Below are positions 34,572-48,400 of a stretch of DNA of 64,000 bases, one piece after another. Source of the DNA: Hypanus sabinus (lineage: Eukaryota); NCBI RefSeq assembly GCF_030144855.1, contig NW_026781759.1, positions 62,001-126,000 on the forward strand, given 5' to 3'. Both the position numbers and the translations under genes were made by a program. The notes under the pieces are model-generated. The model worked only from the letters and a program-made list of their open reading frames with translations, did not search any database and was not told where the DNA came from. Each line of letters starts with the position of its first letter. The first letter of the stretch is position 1.

Positions 34572-37500
34572 ATGGATCATAGTCTTCAACATACATCGCG
34601 CAATGCCACGGGAATTGTGAAGAATGTTTTCTGGACGTATCAATATTTTCTCAATAGGCTGAAGTTGGACTTTCGAATCGCTATGGCGCTGGGGACATTC
34701 CAAGTGGTTTACTACCCTGTACTCGCCATTGTAGCTCTTCCTGGTAAGTGTCTCGTCTCTTCCTCATGATATCTTTGAAAAGTATAAGTCAGCCTCTCTT
34801 CCATACCTGTCACCTAAATACTCGAATATTGCAAGACAGGTCATTCCAAACGGTATCGCTGCAGCAAACATCGACTGACTGTGTTTGATAAGGTAACCCA
34901 TGCAAGTATTGTTGTGAAAGTAAGGAGGCATGTCATCCCAGGGCACATTGCTATGTGGATCCAGACACGTCTTACCCACAGAAGGGAAAGTGTTGTTGTA
35001 GACGGTCATATTCTGCATTGAGGTCGTTTACCAGTGGTGTGCCTCAGGGATCTGTTCTGGCACCCCTACACTTCGTGATTTTTACAAATGACCTGGGTGA
35101 GGAATTGGATCAATGGGTTAGTAAATGTTCTGTTTACAGAAAGGTTGGATATGTTGATATTCTGGAGGGCTGCCAGATGTTACCGCTGTACTTTGATGGG
35201 ATGCAAAACTGCGCTAAGACGAGGCAGATGCAGTTCAAAACAGATCTGTGTGAGGTCGCTCATTTTGGTAGGTCAAGTATGATGGCAGAATATAGTATTA
35301 ACAGAATTAATTAAACAAATAAATAAGTAGCTCCAACGCCTCACCAGTTAAAAGCATTAGGCCAAGTGGGCATCATCACTGCCATTACACAAAGAGTGCA
35401 GAGGGATATTAATATGTTCAGCCAAAGTACCATCGACTGGCAGATGGAGTGCAATGTTTGTAAATGCGAGTTCATCAACTTGGGAAGGGCAACTGGCTGA
35501 ACAGAATATTATTTAAGTAGTAAACGACTGTAGTATGCTGCTGTGCGGAGGGACTTTGGAGTGCTTGTGCTTGAATCACAAAAGGTTGGTTTGCAGACGC
35601 AGCAGCCTATCAGGAAGACAAATGTTATGTTCGCCTTTGTTGCCAGAGGGATTGAATTTAAGAGGAGGGTGGTCATGCTGCAACTGCACAAAGTACTGGT
35701 GAGGCGGCATCCGGAGTTCTGTGCAGTTCTGTTCTCCCGAGTTGAGGATTGATAAACTGTCTGTGTCGGCGGTTCACCAGCTGATTCCAGAGATAAGGTG
35801 GTTCGAAAATCAGGGGCAACTGAGTCGACTGCGATCGTACTCGCTGGAACTCAGAAGGATGAGAGGAAATCCTCTGCAAACATAACATTATGGAGTGGAT
35901 AGATATGACTGTTGGAGCAAAGTTATTTCAACTGGTTGGTGAGACTAAAACAACGGAAAATAGCATGTGGATTTAGGACGGTGATGAGGAGGAGCTTCCT
36001 CTCTCGGAGGGTGGTGAATCTGTGCAATACACTGCTCAAAGAAGCAATGGAGGAGACCTCAATAAGTATATTTAAGACAGGTTGGCACTGGTTTTGGCAT
36101 AGTAGAAGAAATAACGGCTATGGGTTAAAGGTAGTTAGGCGTGGTCAGTGGCTGTTAACTTGATGGAGAAGAACCTGAGAGGCAAAATTTATAAAAAATT
36201 AGAGAAGGATAATATGATTAGGAGTGGTCAGCATGGAGTTGGCAAGGGCAGGTCGTGCCTTACGAGCCTGATTTGATTTTTTGAGGATGTGACGAAACAT
36301 AATGAGGAAGGAAGTGCATGAGATGTAGAGCATATGGATATCAGGAAGTCATTTGATAAGGTCCCCCATGCAAGGCTTATTGAGCAAGTAAGGAGACATG
36401 GATGGGACATTGCTTTGTGGCTCCAACACTGGCTTTCCACTGAAAGCAAAGAGTGGTTGAAAACGGGTCATATTCCGCAGGGAGGACAGTGCCCAGTTGT
36501 ATGCCTCAGTGATCTAGTATGATAATCGTACTCTTCGTGATTTTTGAAAATGTCCTGGATGAGGAAGTGGAGGGACGGATTAGTATATTTGCTGGTTACA
36601 CAAAGGTTGGAGGTGTTGAATTTAGTGTAGAGGGTTGTGAGAGGTTACAGCGAGACATTAATAAGATGCAAAACTGTGCAGAGAAGTGGCAGAGGGAATT
36701 CAAGCCAGATCAGTCCAACGTGGCTCATTTTAGTAGATCTAATATGATTGCAGAATATAGTATTAATGGTAAGACAGTTGGTAGTATGGAGGATCAGAGG
36801 GATCTTGGGGTCCGAGTACGTAGAGCGTTCAAAGCAGCTGCGCAGGTTGAATTTGTAGTTAAGAAGGCACATGGTGTTTTGATCGACATTAATAGTTGAA
36901 TTCGCTTTAGGAGCTGAGAGTTAATATTGCAGCGATATTGGACCTTGGTCTGACCCTACTTGGAGTACGTTGCTCAGCTCTCGTCGCGTTGGTACTGGAA
37001 GGATGTGAAAGCCATAGAAACTGTGCAGAGCAGAGGAGGTTTAGAAGGATATTCCCTGGACTGGGGATATTTGTAATGCAGAGAGTTATGAGTGTGCTGA
37101 ATGTGCTGCCGGCAACGGTGGTGGAGGCGGACTCGAGAGGGTCTTTTAAGAGACTTTTGGATATGTACTTAGAGGTTAGAATAATAGAGAACTGTGGGTC
37201 AGCCTCGTCATTCCTCAGTTGGGGACATGTTCGGCACAACTTTGTGGGCGAAGAGCCTGCATTGTGCTGTAGATTTTCCATATTTCGATGTTTCTAGATC
37301 CGCCGTGATCACTTTCATTGCCAGATCATGCCGACTCGAACAGATGGAATATTCCTGAAGCTATTGCTAATGTTCTTACGTTTTCATTTTCATTTTCTCT
37401 CGTGTTTACAGCTGAGGGGACCTGAAATTCTATGACCGTGATACATGGCATATTAATCACTTTATTATTCGCTTAACACTTCTCGGTCTCAATTCCTTCT

Positions 37501-40500
37501 TCTGACGGCAACGATCAGAATACATTCCAGCCATACACTGATATCCCTGATTAGCCCACAGGGCACGGCGGCTGAATTCAGATATTCGAGCACCGACCCT
37601 TGTCCATCATAGCTGATTTATCATCCCTCTGACCCACATTTTTGCGCCCACACCCCGAATCCATGGGCACCCCGACGAATCAAGAGCCTATCACTCTCCG
37701 CTGCAAAAGGTTCCAATGTACTGGCCCCCATAGGCTTCTGTGGCGAAAAATTCCACACATTCACCAGTCTAGCATTAAAGAAAAAGAAGTATGCCAGGGC
37801 TAAGATGAGTGGGAATACAGATGATTGGGAAAGTTTTAAGGAACAGCAGATCTTAACTAAAAAAGCAATACGGAGAGAAAAAATCAGATATGAGCTCAGT
37901 CTAGCCAGGAATAAAAAAGGGGATAGCAAAAGCTTTTTTTAGCTATGTGAAGAGAAAGAAGATAGTTAAGAACAATGTTGGCCCCTTGAAGAATGAATTG
38001 GGAGAAATTGTTATGGGAAACAGGGAAATTGCAACAGAATTTAATGCGTACTTTAGATCTGTCTTCACCAGGGAGGACACAAGCAATCTCGCAGATGTAT
38101 GGATGGGCCAGGGTCATAAGATATCAGAGGAATTGAGACAGATTGACATTAGGAAAGAAACTGTGATGAGTAGACTGGTAGGACTGAAGGCTAATAAATC
38201 CCCGGGTCCAGATTGTCTGCATCCGAGGATTCTAAAAGAGGTGGCTCAGGAAATTGCGGATGCATTGGTAATCATTTTCCAATGTTCCTTAGATTCAGGA
38301 TCAGTTCCTGAAGATTGGAGAGTTGCTAATGTTATCCCACTTTTCAAGAAGAGAGGGAAGGAGAAAACGGAGAACTATCGCCCTGTTAGCCTAACGTCAG
38401 TCGTGGGGAAGATGCTTGAGTCCATTATTAAGGACGAAATAGTGGCACATCTTGATGGCAGTAATAGGATTAGGCCGAGCCAGCATGGATTTACCAAGGG
38501 CAAATCATGCTTGACTAATCTGTTGGAGTTTTTTGAGGGTGTAACAAGGATGTTAGACGAGGGTAAGCCAGTGGATGTTGTATACCTAGATTTTCAGAAG
38601 GCATTCGATAAGGTGCCACATAGGAAATCGGTGAGTAAAATCAGAGCTCATGGCATTGGGGGCAGGGTTTCAACATGGATAGAAAACTGGTTGGCAGATA
38701 GAAAGCAAAGGGTAGCAGTGAATGGGTGTTTCTCGGACTGGCTGGAGGTGACTAGTGGGGTACCACAGGGCTCTGTATTGGGACCACAGCTCTTTACGAT
38801 TTATGTCAACGATTTAGATGAGGGCATTGAAAACTATATCAGCAAGTTTGCTGACGATACTAAACTGTGTGGCAGCGTGACATGCGAAGAGGACGTTAGG
38901 AGAATACAGGGAGACTTGGATAGGCTGGGTGAGTGGGCAGATACTTGGCAGATATCATTCAATGTGAATAAATGTGAAGTTATCCCCTTTGGAAGCAGGA
39001 ACAAGAGGGCAGAGTATTGTCTGAACGGTGTAGAGTTAGGTAAGGGGGAAATGCAAAGAGACCTAGGAGACCTAGTTCATCAGTCAATGAAGATGAATGA
39101 GCAAGTGCAACAGGCAGTGAAGAAGGCAAATAGAATGTTGGCCTTTATTTGTGGGGAATTGAGTACAAGAGCAAGGATGTCCTTTTGCATTTGTACAGGG
39201 CCCTGGTGAGACCACACCTGGAATATTGTGTACAGTTTTGGTCTCCAGGTTTAAGGAAGGACATTCTGGCAATTGAGGAAGTGCAGCGTAGATTAACTAG
39301 GTTGATTCCTGGGATGGCAGGGCTGTCTTACGCAGAGAGATTGGAGAGATTGGGCTTGTACACACTGGAATTGAGGAGATTGAGAGGGGATCCGATTGAA
39401 ACGTTTAAGATAATTAAAGGATTTGATAGGATTGAGGCAGGAAATATGTTGCAGATGTTGGGAGAGTCCAGTACCAGAAGGCATGGTTTGAGAATAAGAG
39501 GTCAGTTATTTAAAACAGAGTTGAGGAAGAACTTCTTCTCCCAGAGAGTTGTGGAGGTGTGGAATGCACTGCTTCGGAAGACGGTGGAGGCCAAATCTCT
39601 GGATGCTTTCAAGAAGGAGCTAGATAAATATCTGATGGATAGGGGAATCAAGGGATATGGGGACAAGGCAGGGACTGGGTATTGATAGTGAATGATCAGC
39701 CATGATCTCAGAATGGCGGTGCAGACTCGAGGGGCCGAATGGTCTACTTCTGCACCTATTGTCTGCTGTCTATTGTCTATTGTCTTTGAGTGAGGAAATT
39801 GCACTCCATCTCTGATCCAAATGGATGTCGTTCTATTCTGAAATCTCGCCTTCAGGTTCAGACTCTCCAACTACAGAAGCTACCTCTCCAGGTCCAGGAT
39901 ATCTCGGCCTTTCAATATTCGATAGGTTTCAATGAGATTCCCCTCATTGTCCTGAACTTCAACAGGTACATTATGATCACCACCGATTTAGTAATGGCTC
40001 CCGATAATCCCCTTAGCAGATGCATTAATTCTATATTCATCTCTGCTCTCTGAAGTGTTGTCGAATAAAATAATAGTTCACAGAGAATGTTTCCATCAAA
40101 ACGTGTGTTAATGGTTTTTATTTCTCTCCGCACAGTGAACGTGGTGACATTAGTCATCCTGTCGCGGGGAAAGTGCGGTCTCTCCAAAGGCGTCACAAGG
40201 TACCTGGTTGCCATGGTAGCGGCGGATCAGCTGGTGGTTCTCTTCGATCTGGTATTGAGCAAGATTCCGATGACTCACATTGCAGAAGAGATTTTCCTCT
40301 GGACGCATCGTGTTCCCGTGTGTAATATCCACGCCGTCGTGTTATACGCCGCCACGGACTGTTCTGTCTGGTTCACGGTCACTTTCACCTTTGATCGCTT
40401 TGTCTCCATTTGCTTTCAGAAGCTGAAACGAAAATACTGCACCGGGAGAGCGGCGGCTCTGGTTCTGGGGTCAGTGACTGTACTGAGCAGCGTAAAGAAC

Positions 40501-41022
40501 ATTTTCTGGTACTTTTTGCTCGCTGGGACATATTCGATATTAAGTACGTCCCTGGTCTGTTATGGCAGTGACAGCTTATTATCCCCAACTCAGCTCGGAA
40601 CATTTCTGATGATTCATTACGTCTTCACCCCAATATTACCCTTTATCCTGGTCCTCCTGCTCAACAGTTTAACCATCAGGCACGTCTTAGTGGCCAGCCG
40701 AGCCCGGAGAAGACTCCGTGGCTCTCGCGATAGCGAGCCGCGTGCCGACCCGGAGATGAGACATCGCAGGCAATCGCTCCTGTTACTGCAGGTGATGTCG
40801 GGGAATTTCATCGTGCTGTGGGCGCTGCTGACGGTGTCTTCCGTATGGGAGAGCATCGGTGTTTACGTTTTCGTGAATCCCCCTTCTACGCTGCGGGAGC
40901 TGGGCTACATGCTGCAGCTGCTGAGCTGCTGCACCAACACGGCCCTTTATGCCGTGATCCAGGCCAGGTTCAGGGTGCAGCTGAAGGAGACGATGAAATC
41001 TCCCTTCCTTCTAATGACATAG
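34572..41022 (+). CDS. GPR139-like class A orphan GPCR, paralogue 1; exon 1 34572-34743, exon 2 40136-41022; 352 aa
   Basis: Exon 1 MDHSLQHTSRNATG...VVYYPVLAIVALP-g|gtaagt joins ccgcacag|tg NVVTLVILSRGKCGL. It has 7 hydrophobic segments, TM3 TFDRF, TM7 SCCTNTALY and an N-terminal NAT sequon. VVYY...LP.N..T..ILS matches GPR139 TM1. Confidence 0.85.
34760..37290 (+). mobile_element. Nested decayed CR1 RT fragments in the GPCR intron
   Basis: SGVPQGSVLAPLHFVIF; DIRKSFDKVPHARL; FAGYTKVGGV...LQRDINKMQNCAEKWQ. Confidence 0.8.
37770..39790 (+). mobile_element. Young 5'-truncated CR1 LINE (RT nearly intact, one frameshift near 39150) inside the GPCR intron
   Basis: ORF 37947-39209 has KSPGPD, NYRPVSLTS, DFQKAFD, GVPQGSVLGP and KFADD. 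It continues in ORF 39149-39685 (LVRPHLEY...VVEVWNAL) and ends in a (tattgtc)n tail at ~39755-39785. Confidence 0.95.
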
Positions 41023-42589
41023 TTCACTCAGCGTTGTCAGCAGAGTATTAATCCTCAGTGACACTTTTCCCATACCGCTGTAAAATATCCCATTCCGTCA
41101 CTGGGGAGGTGGACGTCCCTGAAAAGCTCCCGCCCTCCACCCCTCTATGCACCAACAGGAGTTGGGAGCATCCACAGTCTGTCTCCACTCGGCTCCTTCC
41201 AGTTTACTTTCTTCACTGGTTCCCGGTAATGTTTCCCTCAGTTCCAACAAGTGCGTGATTTTACCCTTATCGGCAGGCGAAGCCTTGACATCACCATCGC
41301 AATCCGACCGTGGTGCCCTGCCGGTATTCCGTGCGGCCCGTATCGCTGCTCAGCTGCTCCCTATGTACCCCCATCTCTTCTCTCTGGCGACGGCTATTGC
41401 TTCCAAGAGCCCTTGCCATTGAACCGTTCAGGCAGACTGGTTACCGTGAACATACTGCAAGTGTCCCCTTGCACCGGAGTTCTTTGTAGATCTGTCTGGC
41501 ACCTCGAGAATTATCTAATAACTCGCACTCGTAAAACGGCTCATCCAATCGTCCGTCCCTAGCAGCAATTCCCATCGAAAAGCCTTTGGGATATTAAATA
41601 ATTTTTGGACACTTTTTGTAATAGTTGTCCAACGTTTCAAATTGGATTGTGTACATTGAGTATGTGGTGAAGGTGATTGCTGAGGAAAAGGCACATGATT
41701 TCTATTTATTTATTGATTCCCTTGTAGCTTAGCATTTCTCCTTCTCAGGTTGATTATAAGCCGTTCTACTCATTTCCCGCCGTTGTCTGTAAACCGTGAC
41801 CGCCTGGGTGTCCTCGGCGTACTCCTGATTCCTCCCAAATACCAAACACCTATGTGATGATAGATTAATCGATCATTGTAAATTTCCCATTAGTAGGGTC
41901 GCTCGGCCCGTGAAACATTGCGCCAGTCAAGTCCCGAACGTTGGGCTTAGACTGGAAGTATGACTTTTGAGAAGGACCCGTTCCGGTAGACTGATTCATG
42001 AGACTGAGTTGCATTGGATAGCAAGGCTTCAAATAGAGTACAGAGGGCAGTGGTGGAGAGCAGCCAGTCTGCATGTGACAATTGTTGGGAATGTTCTGGC
42101 GTCTGATTTGGATGAAAATGGGAGTGACTCATAAACACTCTTGCAGACGACACAAACGTGATGGAGTTGTCGACGTTGAGGGAATTTGGAAATGTAGCCG
42201 GAGATATGACAACTGTATTTTACTAATTCGACAGTTCGGTCTCGAAAGATAGAAAAATACGAAAATAGGAAATATTTTTAGGAAGATAGAGAAAATGGAG
42301 AGAACAGCACATGGTTTATGCCGAGGTTTTATAAGAATGTTCAGCTTCATCGAAACACCTGTTCGTGGATAGGTAATTCAGTAACACTGCAGTTTGATTC
42401 ACTCAGTTGCAATTATAAAAACGTAGACCTGTATGCCGCCAGCAGGTGGCAGATTGCGATGCACAGATTTTATGTCGTAACCCAGGAATTGCATTTGAAT
42501 CACAACGCATAAAGAACAGTGTGAACATAAATGTGCGAAGGTGAGTTCTCCCGCGTTTTGTGATATAAATAACTGACTCTGTACCTCCT

Positions 42590-43860
42590 TCCAGCAGCTT
42601 AAAATTATGCCCTCTGGTGATAACCATTTCAACCCCGGGACGAAACCTTTGACTATATATACGATCAATGCCTCTCATCATCTAATACAGCTCTATAAAA
42701 TCTCAACTCATCCTCCGTCGCTCCAAGGAGAAAATGCATTCACCCCAATCCAGGAAAAACTCTTGCAAATATCCTCTGACCCCTTTCTATCGTCTTCACA
42801 TTTTCGTGTAGTGAGTTGAATAGAAAAGAGCACAGTACACCAAGTGACGACTCACCAGCTTCCAATATAACTGTAACATTACCTCTCCGCTTTCAAAAGC
42901 AACCCCGCGGTTGGTGGAGGCCAAGACACCGGATGCCTTCTTGACCACAGTGTCAAACTGCTCAGCTGCTTTGAGTGTTCTATGGACTTGGACCCCAAGA
43001 ACCCTCTGATTCTCCACACTTCAAAGTATATTACCATTAATACTCTATTCCGCCGTCGTATTTGAACAACCAAAATTAACCACCTCACACTTAACTGCCT
43101 TGCCTCTTAAAATTCTGGATTAGCCTCCCTTGAGAGAGGTTTTAAAAGGCCTGATTGAATCAATGTCAACAGCATCGACTGCCCTTTCATTAATCCATTT
43201 CGTCAGCTTGTTGCAATACCCAATCAAGTTGTAAGACAAGACCAGCCCCGAACAGACCCATGCTAGCTCTCACTAATCTGGCTGGGTTTGCCAACTCTCG
43301 TAAATCCTGCACATGAGAATCGCTTCCTCCTAATTCTATATCACTGAAATGAGTCTCACGTATCGATAGTTTCCTGGATTTTAACAGTTTCTCTTTTTAA
43401 AAAGAGATAAAACATTACCACCGACCAGTCCTGCGTGACCTCGCCTGTGGTTCGATGGGGCATGAAGAAAACAATCAAGGACGCACCAATAGACCTTGTT
43501 CCCGCCTTCAATAACCATGGGATGAATTCCATCAGGTTACGCGGAGCTGGCCAACATTTTTGGAGGCCCAACCCCTGCTCTTCATTGACTTCAAGTAGTT
43601 GCAACCGATTTATACACTGTGTAGCGAAGCCCAGATTTTCCCCATATTCGTTTATTGGAAAATACTGAATCAAAGGGCTCTGTCCATACCCCCGCGCAAT
43701 CTGCGCCTGCAAGGACATATTCCCCCTTTATTGGTGAGAGGACCTGGCACTTCTTCGTTCTGGTGAATCTACAGAGTGCCTGGTGATCCATCTTCTTGAT
43801 GATTGCCAATTATTAATTTTTATTTATCCTCCCAGATTTCCTAATTTCCTGCAGATCTGA
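42590..43860 (-). mobile_element. Decayed CR1 fragments
   Basis: NQRVLGVQVHRTLKAA...VKKASGVLA; MMRGIDRIYSQRF. Confidence 0.75.
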
Positions 43861-44929
43861 CTCCAGAGAAACCTCCTTCTGCTTATTCATTTCCATAGAT
43901 ACAGCCTGTCTTTCTGAGTTCCTCCAGTACTTCGTGTGTTTTGCCTTGGAATTTCAACTTCTGCAATTTCCTCGTGTTTCTCCTCCTTTAGTTCGTTTTT
44001 GGCTTCCTTTTACCTCTCATGTGTCTCGTTCGACACGAACTTGCGGAGCTTTACACACTTCCTTGTTTTTTCCCTTGAGTCAATTCATCAAAATTCATCA
44101 GGTAGCTGTCGAGGCCATTATGTATGAGGAGATACGGGGAGAAAGCAGGACCTGAGCGATTAGTGGACAATTGGCTCAGTCATGATGTCATTGCGGAGAA
44201 AACTCCATGGGTGAAACTGCCTAATTCTGCTCCGATATCGTATGGACGAATGGATAACTAGAGAGCAGAGAAACCTGAGGCAACACAGCAGAATTCGATC
44301 ATTCGCTACCATCGCGCCTGCCTGCACGTCCTACCAAGGGTCTATTCAATTCTATCCGTCTGCCTCCTCAACTTCCTTATGAAACTGGACATTGAATGCC
44401 CCCAAACACGTGGCCTCCATAGCCGTCCGTGACAGTCAATTGCTTAGATTAACCACACACTGGCAGTTTAAATTTCATCTCATCTCCGCTCCACGTCGAC
44501 CGTTCTATTCTGAGGTTCTGCCCTCTGTTCCCAGACTCCTCCACATCCAATTTGTCTTGGTCCTTTTAACATTGGATAGATTTCAGTGTGATTTCCCCAA
44601 CTCCCCTCATTCCTCTAATCTCCAGCGAGTACAAGTTCAGATCGTCATTTGTTAACCCTTTTATTCCCATTATCATTACAGTGATCCTCCACCGGGCCCA
44701 ATACAACGCCATTTGATCTTTTTTTTTGGTAGGCATGTGTGTTGGAGGGAGTTGGGCGGGTGGTTGTACAAAGTGTTTTGTTCTGTACATTGCCACAGCC
44801 GACGACAATCTGCTGGAACGGCCATGAAATGTAGAAAAGCATCTGGCCGGTTCCTCACAGCGGCTTCACAAATAGAACTGGGTGAATAGTTGAAACTGAT
44901 GTGAGCTAGTCCAAAAGTGGGACTGAATC

Positions 44930-45420
44930 GGCATACTGGAGGGGGAGTGAAAATCTGACTGAATAGGCCCACAACAACAACCTCTCGCTCAAAGTCAGCA
45001 AAATCGAAGAAGGGCTTATTGACAACAGAAGAGGAAACCCGAGATACATCAGAGGTGTCAAGGGTCGGTCAATATAAATTCCTGACCGCATCGTTTCCGA
45101 AGATACGTTCTGGGACAAGCGCGTAAGTGCCATTACTCAGAAGGCTGGACAGCACCTCCACTTCCTTAGATGTTTGCGCAGATTCGGGATGGCATGGGAA
45201 AGTTTGCCATACCTCTGTCTACGGACCAATGCACAAACTCGGGCCCAGTCCAGAAAAAGGGACATCCACCCCCGCCCCCGCCACCCCCCACACCATTGAG
45301 CACATCTACAAAGAGCGTTACCTGATCAGTTCATCATCTAACACCTGGGACCCCCATTATCCATGACATATACTCTTCGTTCAGCTGCCGTCGGGAGAGA
45401 GGACGGGGGGTCGCAGTTCC
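44930..45420 (+). mobile_element. Rex1/Babar LINE remnant (paralogue at 61860-62500)
   Basis: NNLSLKVSKIEE.LID...YKFL...SED..W...AIT.KAGQHLHFLRCLRRFGM. Confidence 0.75.
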
Positions 45421-48400
45421 CACACAACAACTTCACGAACAGTTGTTAATCTACAACTCAAGAACCAGCCTGGATATCCTCACTAAATCTCAAATCTGAA
45501 ATGATTCCACAAGCTATGGACTTATTTTGAAGGATTCTACAACTCATGTTCTCAGTCTTATTATTTTTTTTAATTCGTTCATCAAAATATGTGCCTATCT
45601 ACCGATCCATTCGTTCATTATTCATCAATTTAATTCTGTCTTGTTTAATCTGGTGGCATCTATTGCATATTGGTTATTTGCATCGTCTCCGTTTTGCCAG
45701 GGCACTTCAATGTTCCACTTGCATTTCTCTGTTGTACTCTGGATGCCAGCAAGAAAAGTAAACTCAAGGTAGTGTTTTGTGAAATAACATAGTTAATTGT
45801 GAATTACTGTGATATTCTGCTGCTGTTTTAACTTATTGTCTGATACCTATCTATTTAATAATGTTTTTCTATTACTGTCTTGTTTTTATCTACCGCTTTC
45901 GTTAATTGCCTGAGAGGAAGCCAGACAGAGTTTCACTGTATCTCTGTATAAAAACAATAAAGTTCATTCATTTATTCATTCTCCTTCGACCGTGTTGATA
46001 GCCTGGGCATTGATATTCCACGAAGACAGAATGCAGTATAATGGGAAAATCACTTCCTCGAAGTAAAGCGTGGGATGACAAAGGGAAATTAAAACAACAG
46101 TAAACAATGAAATGCGAATAAAATATTCAGCGAGTCCATAAAACCATTAGACAGAGGAGCATAAACAGGACATAGGGCTGTCGAGTCTTAAACGATATTC
46201 TATCATGGCTGATCGCAGAGCTCACGCATTCACATAGATCTACCTTCAAGCTGTCAAGCTGTGTCATTTAATGCCCTGATCGATCAGGATGCGATTGATT
46301 TCCACCTTGCATATCTATCTACACGGACCTGGACGCCAGAGCAATCTTCTCTGAAGTGTCGCGCCTCATTTGTGAGGTTGTGTCATCCAGTGATGGCCAC
46401 CTCCACCAGACGAAACATTCTCTCCACATCGACCGTATCAAATCCTAACTATATAATGTGGGTTTCAATGAGATGCTCCTGTATTCTTCTATAATCCAGC
46501 GAGTACAGGCCCAAAGCTGTCAAACACTCCCCATATGTTAACACCTTCATTCACAGAATCATTGCCGTGGACCTCCTCTGAAATCTGTCTAATATAACAC
46601 ATACTTTCTGAAATATGGGGCACAAAACTGTTGGCAATACTTTCAAGTGAGTCCTGACTAGCGTCTTATAAACCGTCAGCGTTATCTCCTTACTTTTGTT
46701 TTCTATTCCCCTTGAAATAAATGCCGACATTGCATTTTCTGCTTCACCATAGATATTACCTGTAAATTAACCTTCTGAGAGTCTTGCATGTGGAACCCCG
46801 AGACTGCACCTTCTGCACCTCAGATGTTTGAATCTTCTTCCCATTTAGATAATAGTCTGCACTTTTTTCCTTGTATCAAAATCCATAATTATATAATTTC
46901 CAAAGCTTTATTCCATCTGCAACTTTTCCCCCCATCCTGCCAATTTGTCTGTTTTGCTGTAAACTCATTGCTTCCTCAGTTCTACCTACCCTCCCCCACC
47001 TATCTTCATATCGTCTGCAAACTTTACTACAAAGCTTTTAATTCCATAATCCAAATTATTTTAGGATTAGTTAATGATCAAATATAAAATACGTGATTTA
47101 AAATGAAAGGGAGTAATGTAATAAAACTTATTTGGAATGAGATATTGTGTTAAAAGATGATGATTTTTTTGTTTTTTGATGTGATGATTGGCACCATATA
47201 TGTTGTTTTATAAGTAAGTGGGAGAGGCGTAATTTGATGTAGCTTCAACCTCCATCGTTTTGGTATGTTTTAAAGGATATCTAATTTTTTTTGTAATTTT
47301 GCATTATGATATAATCGTTGTAAATGCTGCCTTTTCTTACGTTTGTACTGACCGAAATAAATTACTTTCATTCATTCATTCAAATCATGGGCAAAAAACG
47401 TGAAAAGTAGATGTCCTAATACTGACCCTGAAAAACACCACAAGTCACCAGCACCCATCCACAAAATGCCCATTTTTCCCACTCGTTGCTTCCTGCCTGA
47501 CAGCAATTCTGTTATCCATCGTTCATGTAACGCCATTGGATTTAATACTGTTAAGCAGCCTCATGTGTGGCACCTTTTCAAATACCTTCTGAAAATCCAT
47601 GTAAAAGACAGCCACTGCTTCATTTTTATCCTCCACCTCCGCGACCCCCCCCCCCCCGCCCCGCTTGTAACTTTCTCGAAGAACTCTTAACAGATTTTTC
47701 AGGCTAGATTTTCATTCAGAGAAACCCTATCGACTTTGACTTATTTTATCATTACTCCCCAAGACACTCGCAATCTGATCCTTAATAAAGAAGCCCAAAA
47801 CGTTACCAGTTAGATTAAGCTAACTTGCCCAACATTTTAAATTTTTTGCCTTCATCCCTTCGTAAAGCGTGGAATCACATTAGCAGATTCAGCAGACTCT
47901 GGAAAGAAGATGACAAATCTATCCATTATCTCTCTAGCAGCCACTCTCAACTCCTTAGAATATAGTCCATCTGTCCCAGGAGACATCGCATCTGAAGACC
48001 TTTGTCTTTGCTAAGCACTTTTTCATTTGTAATTAAAGCAGCACTCACTCTCGGTTCCTGAGACTCTCGGGACTCTGACACCCTGATAGTGTTTTCCACA
48101 GCAAACACAGATGCAAAAATCCCGTTAAATTCTTAGGTCATTAAAGAACATTATTTTTCAATTGTTACATTTCCCGTGCCCCAGGTCTAGATAAGAAAAA
48201 TATATGTAGTTATAACGACCAAATTATCAATAATTAGATTGGGACCATTTTGGGAACAGTGCCCGTAATCACAGAAGTGTTAATGTCGATACAGGTTAAG
48301 ATGAAACAGGTCTTCACGGGAGAGAGCTCAGTCGGTCGAATGCCGAATAGGAACGTATTGGGCAGGAACTGGGGAAAATTCATTAATAACCGCGGTCGGG

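Larger units (their letters stand above)
33500..47520 (+). repeat. Segmental duplication unit 1 (paralogous to ~54540-64000)
   Basis: Colinear homology in the ORF1 remnant, promoter, exon 1, intron pieces (37180-37680 vs 57830-58260), exon 2, 3' flank (43800-46500 vs 60740-63500), and 47400-47500 vs 63900-64000. Confidence 0.85.

Noticed and set aside
40087-40135. ORF-track start MFPSKRVLMVFISLRT (and 58605 MFPPKCMLMVFISLRT) as the GPCR N-terminus
   Set aside because: This is intron read-through over a polypyrimidine tract and cag acceptor. Upstream exons with a phase-matched gtaagt donor supply the missing first half of TM1.
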